A stretch of 63,778 nt of DNA, counting the filler, from Octopus bimaculoides (Eukaryota), in assembly GCF_001194135.2 (NCBI RefSeq). It is 5 parts of 4 records of this genome, joined end to end, with 100 filler letters (N's around TTAATTAATTAA, not from the genome) between each part and the next. Parts side by side here need not be neighbours in the genome. Positions count along the whole stretch, not along the records: positions 1 to 21,640 come from NC_068991.1; 4 more parts are not named here. The stretch is one strand, 5' to 3'. Below, piece after piece: positions 1 through 11,827 of this stretch. Each line of letters starts with the position of its first letter. The first letter of the stretch is position 1. The position numbers and the translations under genes were made by a program. The notes beneath the pieces were generated by a model. That model searched no databases. It was not told the DNA's origin and saw only the letters and a program-made list of their open reading frames with translations.

Positions 1-65
<65 letters not shown>

Positions 66-1778
66 TACACATGTAAATAGTAGTTTCTATAATATTGATT
101 GTGAAAGCAGACAGGTATATTTTCTTTTAGTAATAATCAAAAAATTGTGAAACAGACCATAAGAAGGCTCTCTTCCTCTTTTTTTCTGTACATCAAAAGC
201 ATAGAAGGAATGTGTTTATATTACTCAAAAGTCAATAGATTTATTTCTATTTATTTGTGTCTATTTACTTTCGTGGTGTCTGTGTGTATATAGGTTTTTT
301 TTTTTCATCACAACACATGGCTTTATAATATTTGAATTTATTTCAGCACTTTTGATTCATGCTGTCTTGTGCATAGTATATACATATCATCATCATCTTC
401 ATCATGCGTCCATCTTCTGTGCTGGCATAGTTTGACAGGAGCTGGTAGACCAGAGCTGCACCAGGCTCCGTGTTTTGGTATGGCTGGATGCCCGTCTTAA
501 TGCCAACCATTCTACAGAATGTGCAGGGTGCTTTTTATGTGGCATCAGCACCAGTGGAGTTGCCAAGTAACTTGGAAGACTTAGACCACTTGACAGGGAG
601 ATGGTTTGGTACTGAGGGAGGTGGCTTTGTGCCAGTTAAGAGATTAAGTATAACAGAGGGATGGTTGTAGGTGTATTACAATAGAGGAAATATTTGGCTA
701 CCTCAGTATGAATAGAAAGGAGAGGAAAGAGAGAGAGAGACTGACTGAATGAGATACATATGACTGTGTGGTTAAGAGATTAGCTTCCAAATCACATAGT
801 TTTAGGTTCAATCCCTAGTCATGCTGTCTTAAGCGAGCTTCTACTATAACCTTGGCAGATAAGTTATAAATTAACGGTTCGGCAAAAGAGACCAATAGAA
901 TAAGTACTAGGCTTACATAGAATAAGTCCTGCGGTCGATTTGTTCGACTAAAGGTGGTGCTCCAGCATGGCAGCAGTCGTCGTTGCCAGTGCCGCTGTAG
1001 GTGGCACATAAAAAACACCACTTGAGTGTGGCTGTTGCCAGTACCGCTTGACTGGCACGTAAAAGCACCCACTATATATATATNNNNNNNNNNNNNNNNN
1101 NNNNNNNNNNNNNNNNNNNNNNNNNNNNNNNNNNNNNNNNNNNNNNNNNNNNNNNNNNNNNNNNNNNNNNNNNNNNNNNNNNNNNNNNNNNNNNNNNNNN
1201 NNNNNNNNNNNNNNNNNNNNNNNNNNNNNNNNNNNNNNNNNNNNNNNNNNNNNNNNNNNNNNNNNNNNNNNNNNNNNNNNNNNNNNNNNNNNNNNNNNNN
1301 NNNNNNNNNNNNNNNNNNNNNNNNNNNNNNNNNNNNNNNNNNNNNNNNNNNNNNNNNNNNNNNNNNNNNNNNNNNNNNNNNNNNNNNNNNNNNNNNNNNN
1401 NNNNNNNNNNNNNNNNNNNNNNNNNNNNNNNNNNNNNNNNNNNNNNNNNNNNNNNNNNNNNNNNNNNNNNNNNNNNNNNNNNNNNNNNNNNNNNNNNNNN
1501 NNNNNNNNNNNNNNNNNNNNNNNNNNNNNNNNNNNNNNNNNNNNNNNNNNNNNNNNNNNNNNNNNNNNNNNNNNNNNNNNNNNNNNNNNNNNNNNNNNNN
1601 NNNNNNNNNNNNNNNNNNNNNNNNNNNNNNNNNNNNNNNNNNNNNNNNNNNNNNNNNNNNNNNNNNNNNNNNNNNNNNNNNNNNNNNNNNNNNNNNNNNN
1701 NNNNNNNNNNNNNNNNNNNNNNNNNNNNNNNNNNNNNNNNNNNNNNNNNNNNNNNNNNNNNNNNNNNNNNNNNNNNNN

Positions 1779-2122
1779 CATAGGATCGCAGTTTCGATTC
1801 CCAGACCGGGCGTTGTGAGTGTTTATTGAGTGAAAACACCTAAAGCTCCATGAGGCTCCGGCAGGGGATGGTGGCGAACCCTGTTGTACTCTTTCACCAC
1901 AACTTTCTCTCACTCTTACTTCCTGTTTCTGTTGTGCCTGTAATTCAAAGGGTCAGCCTTGTCACACTGTGTCACGCTGAATATCCCCGAGAACTACGTT
2001 AAGGGTACACGTCTGTGGAGTGCTCAGCCACTTGCACGTTAATTTCATGAGCAGGCTGTTTCGTTTATCGGATCAACTGGAACCCTCGTCGTCGTAAGCG
2101 ACGGAGTGCCAACAACAACAAC
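1779..2122 (+). mobile_element. tRNA-derived SINE, family A (tail ...gtcgtaagcgacggagtgcc(aac)n); 5' end in gap
   Basis: Near-identical to copies at 49312-49696, 58666-58808 and 61375-61740; Pol III B-box-like gtttcgattcc. Confidence 0.85.
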
Positions 2123-2502
2123 ATGTATGTCTATGTATGTATAAATAAATAAATCATTTAACTTATAATCAACATTCTGACAAAATTTGTGTTTGTACAT
2201 ACATGCATACATACTTACATACCTTTCTTCCTCTCTGTCTGACTGTCTAGATAGTTACAACGTTTCTGTTTAGTTGTAACAAAACATATAAGTGTTATAT
2301 TCACTGTGTGGTCTCGTAGGTTTATCCATGTGCAAGTAATATTTACAGACAGCCAAAAGATTGATTAAATGAAACCATAATTTCGAAACATAATCCTGTT
2401 TACCATTCAGTCGTACACATATACATATACATACATTCATGTATGTAGGTATATGTATGTGTACATATGTTTATATATGTATATGTGTGTGAGTATGCCT
2501 AT

Positions 2503-2534
<32 letters not shown>

Positions 2535-2938
2535 GGATATGTGAATATATATTTATACATATTCTGTTGTGTCTGGGGAGAGTCATTTTCTTATTGTGCC
2601 TTAAAATTTAACACAGTCACCGGTAAAATTTCCACTTATTTCTTATTTTTATTTTCCTAAAATTTTTGTTGCGTTTTGCAACCTTATCAATAGTCTTCCA
2701 GCGACTGAAACAAAGAAACAGTAAAAGATAAGGGTAAAAAAATGTAGCTATTTCTTTTTTTTTTATTTTTATTTTTCCATGTTTCTATCTGATTTTCTCT
2801 GAATTTTTTGTTTTACTTTTTTTCATTTTTTACTTTTTGCTTTTTTTCATTTTTTCATTTTTTTCATTTTCAATCCTCCCCCGCCAACTCAGTTTTTTTT
2901 TTATCTCACCCACCTTCCATCTTCCTTATATTCTGCAG

Positions 2939-3126
2939 AAATGGAACTCGGTTGGCATCGTGAAGCAATATAATGCAGATGGCGAGAACTCCATTGATAT
3001 AGAATTCCATGACACTGCAGTGCATCATTCGATGCATCTCAACAACAACGTCGGCTACACCATGGCGGACATTTCCAAAGAATGTGTTCTTTTGGGGAGT
3101 CCAAATGATGAAGAATCTGGCCGCAG
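2939..3126 (+). CDS. WDHD1: WDHD1/And-1 (Ctf4) internal exon, first visible; start of the SepB/Mcl1-middle domain (KWNSVGIVKQYNADGENSIDIEFHDTAVHHSMHL...)
   Basis: Acceptor ttctgcag|AAA, donor cgcag|gtcagt (phase 0 to 2). The peptide matches the And-1 motif WNxxG...IDVEFHD as I recall it. Upstream WD40 exons lie outside the window or in a gap. Confidence 0.93.
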
Positions 3127-3804
3127 GTCAGTTCATATGTTTAGACATGTTTTAACTTAATATCACCATCGTTGTCGCCACCACCCTCATCATCATCATC
3201 GTCATCATCACTGTCATCATAGGTGACAAATTGATAACATCATCAGAGTGTTAGACACCATGCTTTGTATTTCTTGTTTCCCAGCTCCATTTTTGTGTTC
3301 TGAGTTCAAATCACACTGGGATGGTTAACATTCAGCACTGAAAAGAAAAATCAAACAGCGTTTCAACTCTGTGTGAGTATATGTGTGTATGTGTGTGCGT
3401 GTACAAGGGAAGTATGTGAATGTTTGTATGTGTGAACCAGCGTTCTTTCAGTAACAAAGAATGATTGATGTCACATCTCAAAAGACAACCACTAGAAAAC
3501 ATTGACAAGTGTATTAATTTGATTTACCATCCATATTCATATATAAATTACTACAATTAGCCGTCATCTTTGACAGCACGGGTGCAGCTAGTATTAAGTC
3601 TATTGTTCATCTGTTACTTATTTTATCAACCCTGAAAGGATGAAAGGTAAAGTTGCCCTCAGGAGAATTTGAACTCAGAATTTAAAGCTGGAACAAACAC
3701 TGTCAAGCATTTTGCTAATAATTTTGCCAGCCTGCCATCTTATTAATTTTTATCATAATAAAGCATATTTGAATGTTCTTAGATTTTGTGTCTTCTTTTT
3801 GTAG

Positions 3805-3886
3805 CAAGCTGACGTGTTTACACTTTGCAGCCTGGGATAATTCCAAAGAATGGTCCATTACTCTACCAGAGGAAGAAGAAATTTTG
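3805..3886 (+). CDS. WDHD1: WDHD1 exon (SKLTCLHFAAWDNSKEWSITLPEEEEIL)
   Basis: tttgtag|C ... TTG|gtaaat, phase 2 to 0, in frame with flanking exons; And-1 motif WDxxKEW. Confidence 0.93.
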
Positions 3887-4561
3887 GTAAATAATCATAT
3901 AATAATTTTCTGCTAATGTTAATAATAATTTTGTTACCATATTTCTACTGAGATGCTCTATGTTTCTTTCAATCATTTTAAATATAACTAAGAATTTAGT
4001 AAAATAACTTAGTTATCATTAAGCTAGTGTCAGGAACATGAGTTGTAACTAATGTTTGGTGACAGATTTTAATTCAGAACTTATATATAATTTAAACATT
4101 AAATTTCTTCTTATTATTTCACATTCACTAAATATATCTTTTTCTAAGTCTATATGGTTTTATTTAATATACATATAGTTATATACTTCTCATTTATTTG
4201 TTTTTTTTTCTTTTACCCCCCCACTTTCTATAGGCTACCTTTGACGTTATATCGTCTAACATTATTTTGAAACAAACTCAATAGTGTTCAGTTAATCACT
4301 ACATATCCATCATTTTCTGTTAAAATGTCTTATTGACGAGTTTCATTTCTCCATTTCCCTGAAGAGAAGATTACATTGTTTTACACCATTATATTCCTTT
4401 GGAATAATACCAGTGATATCTTCGAAACATGTGTCGGAAGTAAAAGAATTTGAATAATACCTGCGTTTAACTCCATTTATTTATTTATTTATATATANNN
4501 NNNNNNNNNNNNNNNNNNNNNNNNNNNNNNNNTATATATGTATGTATATATGTATGTATGT

Positions 4562-4813
4562 GGAGGCGCATGGCTTAGTGGTTAGGGTGTCAGCATCAAG
4601 ATCGTAAGATTGTGGTTTCGATTCCTGGACCGAGCGACGCGTTGTGTTCTTGAACAAAGCACTTCATTTCACATTGCTCCAGTCCACTCAGCTGACAAAA
4701 ATGAGTAACACTGTGATGGAGTGGCGTCTTGTGCAGCTGGGGAACACATATGCCATTGAAACCGGGAAACCGGGCACATGAGCCTGGCTAAGCTTTAAAA
4801 GGGCGCATTTATT
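4562..4813 (+). mobile_element. tRNA-derived SINE, family E; related fragments near 18755-18890 and 28188-28260
   Basis: A box tggcttagtgg and B box ggtttcgattcc, followed by a body repeated in degraded form elsewhere in the window. Confidence 0.7.
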
Positions 4814-5152
4814 TATATATCTATAGGTAGGACTGTGTGTATGCAGATAGGTGTGTGTATATAGGTAGGTGTATATGTGTATGTATGTATGTATATATGT
4901 ATGCAAGCAGATGTGTGCTTGTGTGAAGATAAGCATGTGAATCCAGGAAGATATGTGTATATATCGGTATGTGTTTATGTAGATGTATCTTTACATTTAT
5001 TTGCATGTGTTTGTATGTAGGTAGCTAGGTAGATGTGTGTATATAGATGTAAGTATATATATATATATATGTATTCGGGTGGGTGTATATATATGCATTT
5101 GCATATAAGCATATATGTGTTTTAACATGAAACCAATTTGTGTCCTTGACAG

Positions 5153-5318
5153 GCCATAACTGCTGCTGAGACATGGGTTGCCATGGCCACCAGTGAACAA
5201 CTTCTTCGACTCTTTACCATGACGGGCATTCAGAAAGAAATCCTTACTCTCGCAGGACCTATTGTATGTCTGGCGGGCTTTAAAGACTTCTTGATGGTTG
5301 TCTACCATCGAGGTGGCG
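5153..5318 (+). CDS. WDHD1: WDHD1 exon (AITAAETWVAMATSEQLLRLFTMTGIQKEILTLAGPIVCLAGFKDFLMVVYHRGG)
   Basis: ccttgacag|GCC ... GGC G|gtatgt, phase 0 to 1; And-1 motifs G.Q...GP.V and VYHRG. Confidence 0.93.
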
Positions 5319-5504
5319 GTATGTATACCACAGACACTTGTCTGAGATGCTTTCTTTCTTTACTTCTCTCTGTCTCTCTCTATTTCCTCTCATTTTCTGT
5401 TGCAGTAGTTGTGGTGAAAATGATGGCGATCATGATGATGATGATGATGATTATTATTGTTATTATTATTATAATTAAGGCAACAACCAAATTTGAAGTC
5501 ATCA

Positions 5505-5546
<42 letters not shown>

Positions 5547-5880
5547 TGAGTTCAAATTCCGCCAAGGTCGACTTTGCCTTTCATCCTTTCGGGGTCAATG
5601 AAATAAGTACCAGTTACGCACTGGGGTCGATTTAATTGACTTGCCCACCCCTTCCCCAAAATTTCAGGCCTTGTGCTTATAGTGGAAAGAATTTACCTTT
5701 CATCCTTTCAGAGTCGATAAATTAAGTACCAGTGAAACACTGGGGTCGATGTAATTAACTAGTCACCTCCCACAGAATTTGAGGCCTTGTGCCTTTAGTA
5801 GAAACGATCATTATTATTATTTTTTTTTTTATTGTTATTATTATTATTATTATTATTAATATTATTATCATTGATTTCAG

Positions 5881-5995
5881 GTCTTCCTGGTGAACAGTGT
5901 TTGGGTATTGACCTTTATCAACTGACATCAAAGAAGAAATGCATTTTGAAGGATCTGCTTCCTCGTAGTCCCAAGTCTTTCCTTTGCTGGGCTGG
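5881..5995 (+). CDS. WDHD1: WDHD1 exon (GLPGEQCLGIDLYQLTSKKKCILKDLLPRSPKSFLCWAG)
   Basis: gatttcag|GT ... GCT GG|gtaag, phase 1 to 2. Confidence 0.93.
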
Positions 5996-6267
5996 GTAAG
6001 TTAAAAGAAAAGAAGCATTGTTTTATGATAAACTACTCTGAGGCGCCATCTGCATGTTAATTAACAGTTAAGTGGGGCAAAACAAGTTCTAGAAACATTA
6101 AAACAAAATGGCTATTATCAAATATGTAGCGAAAAATGCTATTATTTGATGGTTAATATATATGGGAGACAACTCAGTACAGTTTTTCTCGTTTTTGTTG
6201 GAACTCTTGTGCAACTTGTTAATATTATTTTCCTTGTACTATATGTTCTTTTATTCGTCTGTCTTTA

Positions 6268-6420
6268 CGTTCTGAGTTCAAATTCCGCCGAGGTCGACTT
6301 TGCCTTTCATCCTTTCAGGGTCGATAAATAAAGTACCAGTTACGCATTGGGGTCGATGTAATCGACAGCCCCTACCACTCCCCCCAAATTTCGGGCCTTG
6401 TGCCTAGAGTACAAAAGATG
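6268..6420 (+). mobile_element. SINE family B, partial (ttcaaattccgccgaggtcgactttgcctttcatcctttc.gggtcgataaa core); further partial + copies at about 5545-5810 and 13418-13630
   Basis: The core recurs more than ten times in the window. It resembles the Meta-SINE central domain (from memory, unverified). Confidence 0.8.
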
Positions 6421-6761
6421 CTTTTATTCGTTTACTTGTTTCAGTAATCTGAATGTTAAAGGGTCAAATGAGTGAGGTGGCAGTAGAGAGGGAGGCAGTG
6501 TTATGCTATGGGTTTAATGGGGGTTAAAATATATAAGAAGGTCCCAGAAGAGAACAGTTTTCTTCCTATAAGGAGGGCTACTCACTTTTTGGAAGGGAGT
6601 GTGAAAATGGTCAGGCTGGAACGGGAAAGAGATAAGATACTGGTTAAGGGTGCCAGGGTGAAGCCTCTTGGTTAGGTATCAGAATAAAAATGATAAAACC
6701 ATTGCTTAAATTTCTATTGTTGTTGTTGTTGTTGTTCAACTGTCTTCCTTTGTTTCTGTAG

Positions 6762-6870
6762 GTTTTCTGCAGAAGGTACCCCATTCTATATGGATTCCAG
6801 TGGCATGCTTAACATGCTGAACCGGAAATTTGGTAACTCTTGGACACCAGCATGTGATACAAAGTCTTTT
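6762..6870 (+). CDS. WDHD1: WDHD1 exon (FSAEGTPFYMDSSGMLNMLNRKFGNSWTPACDTKSF)
   Basis: ttctgtag|G ... TTT|gtaagt, phase 2 to 0; And-1 motif WxGFSxEGTP..DS.G..WTP. Confidence 0.94.
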
Positions 6871-6899
6871 GTAAGTATATGAGATTATGGTAGACTGGC

Positions 6900-7150
6900 T
6901 CCCGTGCTGGTGGCACGTAAAAAACACCTTTTGAGGGTGGCCGTTGCCAGTACTTTGTGACTGGCCCTTGTGCCGGTGACACGTAAAAGCACCCACTACA
7001 CTCTTGGAGTGGTTGGCGTTAGGCAGGGCATCCAGCTGTAGAAACTCTGCCAGATCAGATTGGAACTTGGTGCAGTTTTCCAGATTACCGGTTCCCAGTC
7101 AAACTGTCCAACCCATGCCAGCATGGAAAACGGACGTTAAATGATGATGA
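6900..7150 (+). mobile_element. RTE-tailed repeat, family D (ends ...catggaaagcggacgttaaacgatgatgat); other copies at about 385-560, 16640-16950, 31200-31690, 43231-43893, 44855-45210, 52950-53115
   Basis: Shared gatgcccttcctaacgccaacc motif, (GAT)n tail and internal ttttacgtgccacc sub-repeats, typical of RTE 3' UTRs. Confidence 0.8.
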
Positions 7151-7154
7151 TATA

Positions 7155-7186
<32 letters not shown>

Positions 7187-8056
7187 CATACACACATATT
7201 TGTTGGGCTTCTTTCAGTTTCTATCAGTTTCCATCTAGCAAATTCACTCACAAGGCATTGATCTTTTTAAGCACGTGGCTAAAGTAGAAGACGTTCGCCC
7301 AAGGTGCCATGCAGTGGGATTGAACCCATAACTATGTGGTTGCAAAGTGAGCTGCTTAACCATACAGCCATGCCTGTGCACACACACACACACATATATA
7401 TATATGCACACATGATAATAATAATGATAATAATAATAATAATAATAATAATTGATGAAGGAAACGGGAGATAGATACAACACTAGTCTTTATTCAAGCA
7501 GACAAGGACAACATACCTAGGACATCTCAGTATATCTAGCACGACATCCCTTTCTTTATGCATGTGTCTGATGTGGCACAAACTGCACATATTGATGCAA
7601 CACAATTAGATGCACAAAATCCTACCCATAACGGATAGTTTCAGGATGGGTGGAAATGATTGTCGTACTGAATAAAGACTAATGCAGAATCTATCTTCCG
7701 TTTCCTCCATCAGTTATTATTACCTCAACTAACACTGCAGAATTCCTGGCGTAAATCCAGAGGAAATATACCCAGCCGTGGATGACACCAGGTAGCCCAA
7801 ACTGTGGAACGTGCTTTACTCAGCACACTAATTGACATAAATTCATTAGTCGAATTACATACACATACATATGTATATCAGTAAAATAAATAGCAGACAA
7901 AATAATAGGTTTGTTGTATTTGACTAAAAATCCTGGAAGGTAATTTTTAGTCAAATATACCAAACCTATTATTTTGTCTGCTATTTAGTCCAATGACTGA
8001 AGCCATTAGTAAAAAAACACAATTACTAATAATATCTTTCTACCTTTATATTTCAG

Positions 8057-8118
8057 GCAAAAGGAAAATCAGACCATTTCTGGATCATCAGTATACTAGA
8101 ATCTCAACAGCAGATCAG
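8057..8118 (+). CDS. WDHD1: WDHD1 exon (AKGKSDHFWIISILESQQQIR)
   Basis: atttcag|GCA ... ATC AG|gtaaat, phase 0 to 2; And-1 motif KGKSDHxW. Confidence 0.92.
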
Positions 8119-8585
8119 GTAAATGTTATCTATATTCTCTTATTCTGTCTGAACGTCTCTGTGTAATTGGCTAGCTGTCTTACTGGCTCACTGTGTTTAC
8201 TTGTACAAAGGTGTATCTTTCAGATACTGGTTTGAAAATATATATATCTAAAATAACAACAACAACATTTTAGACCAGCGTTTCTTAACCTGTAGACTCC
8301 TGGAGGTCTATGGATACCTGGGAGTCCACAAAGAAAGCAGTGATTGGTCCATGAGCTAAGTTCAAAATTTGTTGAGTGGACAGATCTTTCAAAAGCCTGG
8401 AATTAAAGAGAAAATTTAATAAAAGGATAATGACATGGTTGAATTCCACACTCCCAATAGGGAACGGGTTCGCTTGACTGATTGGCAAAGCTTCAGTCCC
8501 CTGTGACAAAAGTTTAAGTGGGTCAAAGTAGCCCAGTTTTGTCTCAGCTTTTTGTTCCTTAAAAAAAATCTTTGTTCTTCTTTCT

Positions 8586-8619
<34 letters not shown>

Positions 8620-8629
8620 NNNNNNNNNN

Positions 8630-8714
8630 ACCAACTCTTCCACGTCCCATGTTGAGAATGTTACCTCTGCAGATACCCATGTGTGAGCTCAGCACAGAGA
8701 AGAGCCAATATGAA
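8630..8714 (+). CDS. WDHD1: WDHD1 exon, 5' part lost in the 10-N gap (..PTLPRPMLRMLPLQIPMCELSTEKSQYE)
   Basis: And-1 motif PTLPRP...P.C...TEK...E; donor GAA|gtatgt, phase 0. The acceptor is not visible (N at 8620-8629). Confidence 0.88.
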
Positions 8715-8819
8715 GTATGTTTAGTGTTGTCATTTACTTTCACTTTCACTTTCGTTTGTACATTTAACTTAATCTTTTTCTGAAATGAGGATAAATCAAA
8801 TGTCACTTTGTTCATTTGC

Positions 8820-9885
8820 ATACACACACACACACACAACTACAATTTCCATTTGATTTGATTTTGATATTGCTGATGTTAATGTACTTGACTCAGCACC
8901 GGCCACGTTCGGATGGTGTTTTTTATGTACCATGGGCATGGATGTCAGTCAAGGCGGCACTGGCATCGGCCACGTTTGGACAGTGCTTTTACATGCTACC
9001 GGCACAGGGCTCACAACTACAATTTCCATTTAATTTGATTTTGATATTGCTGATGTTGATGTACTTGACTTAGTAGGTCTCCTCAAGCACAGCATGTCGC
9101 CCTATGATCCAAGGTACTTCTTTTGAGTGGGCTGGTTATGTGACACTAGTGTAGGTTACAGCTGTGGACTCACTTTATTTGCTGAGTCTTCTCAGTCACA
9201 ACATACCTCCAGAGGTCTTGGTCTTTTGTCATTGCCTCTGTGAGTCCTGAAGTTCGAAGGTCATGCTTCACCACCTCATCCCATGTCTTCCTGGGTCTCC
9301 CTCTACACCGGATTCCTTCCACTGTTTGGGAGTGGCACTTCTTCACACAGCTCTTCTTCTCCATCTGCAGTACATGACCATACCAGCGCAAACGTCTCTC
9401 TTGCACGCCACATCCGATGTTTCTTATGTCCAACTTTTCTCTCTGGGCGTTTACACTCTGTTGTGTGTGCACACTGACATTACACATCCAGCGGATCATG
9501 CTAGCTTCATTTCTTATTTCTTTATTGCCTACGGAGGGCTAAACATAGAGGGGACAAACAAGGACAGGCAAAGGGATTAAGTCGATTACATTGATCCGAG
9601 TGCGTAACTGGTACTTAATTTATCGACCCCGAAAGGATGAAAGGCAAAGTCGACCTCGGCGGAATTTGAACTCAGAACGTAATGGTAGATGAAATACCAC
9701 TAAGTATTTCGCCTGGCATGCTAACGTTTCTGCCAGCTCGCCGCTTTATGCTAGCTTTATTTCTTTCGAGCCTACGTGAAGCATGGCAGTTCACACACAT
9801 GCATCATACAATCTACTTTTCACTCTGAGTGAGAGGCCCTTTGTCACCCGTAGGGGTAGAAGCTTTCTGAACTCTGCCCAGACTG
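8820..9885 (-). mobile_element. 5'-truncated RTE-clade LINE (ORF2 C-terminus plus 3' UTR) inside a WDHD1 intron, interrupted by a family B SINE
   Basis: Peptides WAEFRKLLPL...KGLSLRVKSRLYDACV (9885-9770) and RWMC...RRLRWYGHV...RGRPRKTWDEVV (9499-9170). Confidence 0.88.
9508..9747 (-). mobile_element. Full-length family B SINE nested in the RTE
   Basis: Flanking direct repeat atgctagctt at 9498-9507 and 9748-9757. Confidence 0.85.
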
Positions 9886-10010
9886 AACCGATGCACAAGT
9901 AGACAAATAGATCAAGAGTTAACTAGGTGGGCATATAAATTGATATACTGATTGGTATCTGCCCAGGTGTTAATATAGTTTGTTTTTTTTTGTTTTTCAC
10001 TCTGCTTCAG

Positions 10011-10142
10011 GAGAAGTTTAGGCGTCTGAGTTTTGTTCAAAGTGCAACTGAGCATTGTATCCAGCTGGGTGAAGAAGTGGATACCAGATATCAAGAAGAA
10101 GCAGTGAGGGGAATGAAAGAAGAACTCATGAAGTCGTTTGCT
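10011..10142 (+). CDS. WDHD1: WDHD1 exon (EKFRRLSFVQSATEHCIQLGEEVDTRYQEEAVRGMKEELMKSFA)
   Basis: ctgcttcag|GAG ... GCT|gtaagt, 132 nt, phase 0 to 0; joins the next exon to give LMK.FALS..SERE.RA. Confidence 0.9.
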
Positions 10143-10189
10143 GTAAGTTTTTAAATTCACATATTTCTTCACATTGTTACTCTTGCCTT

Positions 10190-10705
10190 TCTGTTTCTAT
10201 CTCTGTCTGTCTCATTTACTGTCTGTCTGTCTCATTTACTGTCTGTCTGTCTCATTTACTGTCTGTCTGTCTCATTTACTGTCTGTCTGTCTCATTTACT
10301 GTCTGTCTGTCTCATTTACTGTCTGCCTGTCCCATTTACTGTCTGTCTCATTTACTGTCTGTCTGTCTCATTTACTGTCTGTCTGTCTCATTTACTGTCT
10401 GTCTGTCTCATTTACTGTCTGTCTGTCTCATTTACTGTCTGTCTGTCTCATTTACTGTCTGTCTGTCTCATTTACAGTCTGTCTCATTTACTGTCTGTCT
10501 CATTTACTGTCTGTCTGTCTCATTTACTGTCTGTCTCATTTACTGTCTGTCTGTCTCATTTACTGTCCGTCTCACTTACTGTCTGTCTGTCTCATTTACT
10601 GTCTGTCTCATTTACTGTCTGTCTGCCTCATTTACTGTCTGTCTGCCTCATTTACTGTCTGTCTCATTTACTGTCTGTCTGCCTCATTTACTATCTGTCT
10701 GTTTC
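10190..10705. repeat. Minisatellite: (CTGT)2-3 + CTCATTTA units of 16 or 20 bp
   Basis: Directly visible tandem array; it explains the artefactual ORF 10174..10779. Confidence 0.95.
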
Positions 10706-10809
10706 AATTTTTGTTAGTTTCTCAACTGTCTGAACTATATGATCAAGACATTCCAACCATGACTATCCCATCATTTTAGATGCATCTAGGACTACATTAC
10801 CCAAGATAG

Positions 10810-11235
10810 CAGGATATAATTTGAGGAAAATTTGGCTACTGTTTCTTGTAGGCTAAACAACCAAGTTAACAAATTCTTGTTAAAGTGTGAGCTGAGATTT
10901 GGTTACTATTTCTAGTTAGTCAAAAGTCTGTGAAGAAGCTTCTGCTAGGGTGTAATTTGTGGAAGATTTACCTAATATTTCTTGCAGGATCAGAAACCAC
11001 ACAGAAACTCCTTGAAGTGTATGATTTGAGGAAGTTTTAGCTATTATTTCCAGCAAATTGATCAACCATGTTGAGGCTGTTGGTGGAGGTATAATTTAAG
11101 TGAGATTTGGTTACTATTTCTCACAGGCAAACAAGAGTGTAGAAGCTCCAAATGGCATACAATTTTTATGGAGGTGGTTTAGCTGCTATTTTTAGTACAC
11201 TAAAAAACTACATAGAGGCTTCCATGTTGGATCAG
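10810..11235. repeat. Diverged tandem repeat of roughly 70-90 bp (tgag.gagatttgg.tactatttct.gcagg...)
   Basis: About five degenerate copies; related single copies near 680-715 and 58020. Confidence 0.55.
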
Positions 11236-11316
11236 ATTCTCTTGTTTTGTGTGTTTTTTATTTTGTTTTTGTCTGTGTGTCACTTATTTTCATTCTCTTC
11301 AATTCCTGTCTTGTAG

Positions 11317-11666
11317 CTTTCGGTGCGATCGGAACGAGAATGCAGGGCTTTGGACATATGCGAGATGATGCCTGATGAGCACACGCTGCAGCTGGCTGTC
11401 AAGTACGCAGCAAGACTGACGAGGATGCAACTTGCCGGACGCATCAATGAGATGGCGCACAGGCGGCGCATGGCAGAAGAGATGCGAATCATGAAGAGAA
11501 AGTCCAGAGCATCAAACAACTATGGAGACTCTTCTTCTTCTTCTGCTGAGGAAGAAGAGGGTGGTGGTCGTGGCGGTGATAATAATAATGATGATGATGA
11601 CGAGAGTAGTGATGATGATGGTGCTGCTGCTGTGTGCAATGGGAAGAAGATTCTGGCCAACCAGAG
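11317..11666 (+). CDS. WDHD1: WDHD1 exon: end of the SepB helical domain plus low-complexity linker (LSVRSERECRALDICEMM...LAVKYAARLTRMQLAGRINEMA...)
   Basis: cttgtag|CTT ... CAG AG|gtaggt, phase 0 to 2; And-1 motifs ERE.R.xxLxxLM and LAxKYA. Confidence 0.92.
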
Positions 11667-11827
11667 GTAGGTAAATAGATGGGTTATTTTATATCATCAT
11701 CATCACAATTATCATTGAGGTGATGAGGTGTTGTTGGTGGTGCAGGTAGTAACCGNNNNNNNNNNCCGTACATCATTTCAACAGAATCTTTAGCTCTGGA
11801 TGTTAATTCTCAGATTCCTATTTCCAG

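Noticed and set aside
8180-8230. CVYLYKGVSF as the missing start of the 8630 exon
   Set aside because: Weak similarity and no suitable acceptor or donor.
8276-8330. hAT-like left end cagcgtttcttaacctg
   Set aside because: No matching right TIR or TSD found.
10174-10779. 201-aa ORF with CLSHLLSV repeats
   Set aside because: Translation of the intronic minisatellite; no splice or homology support.
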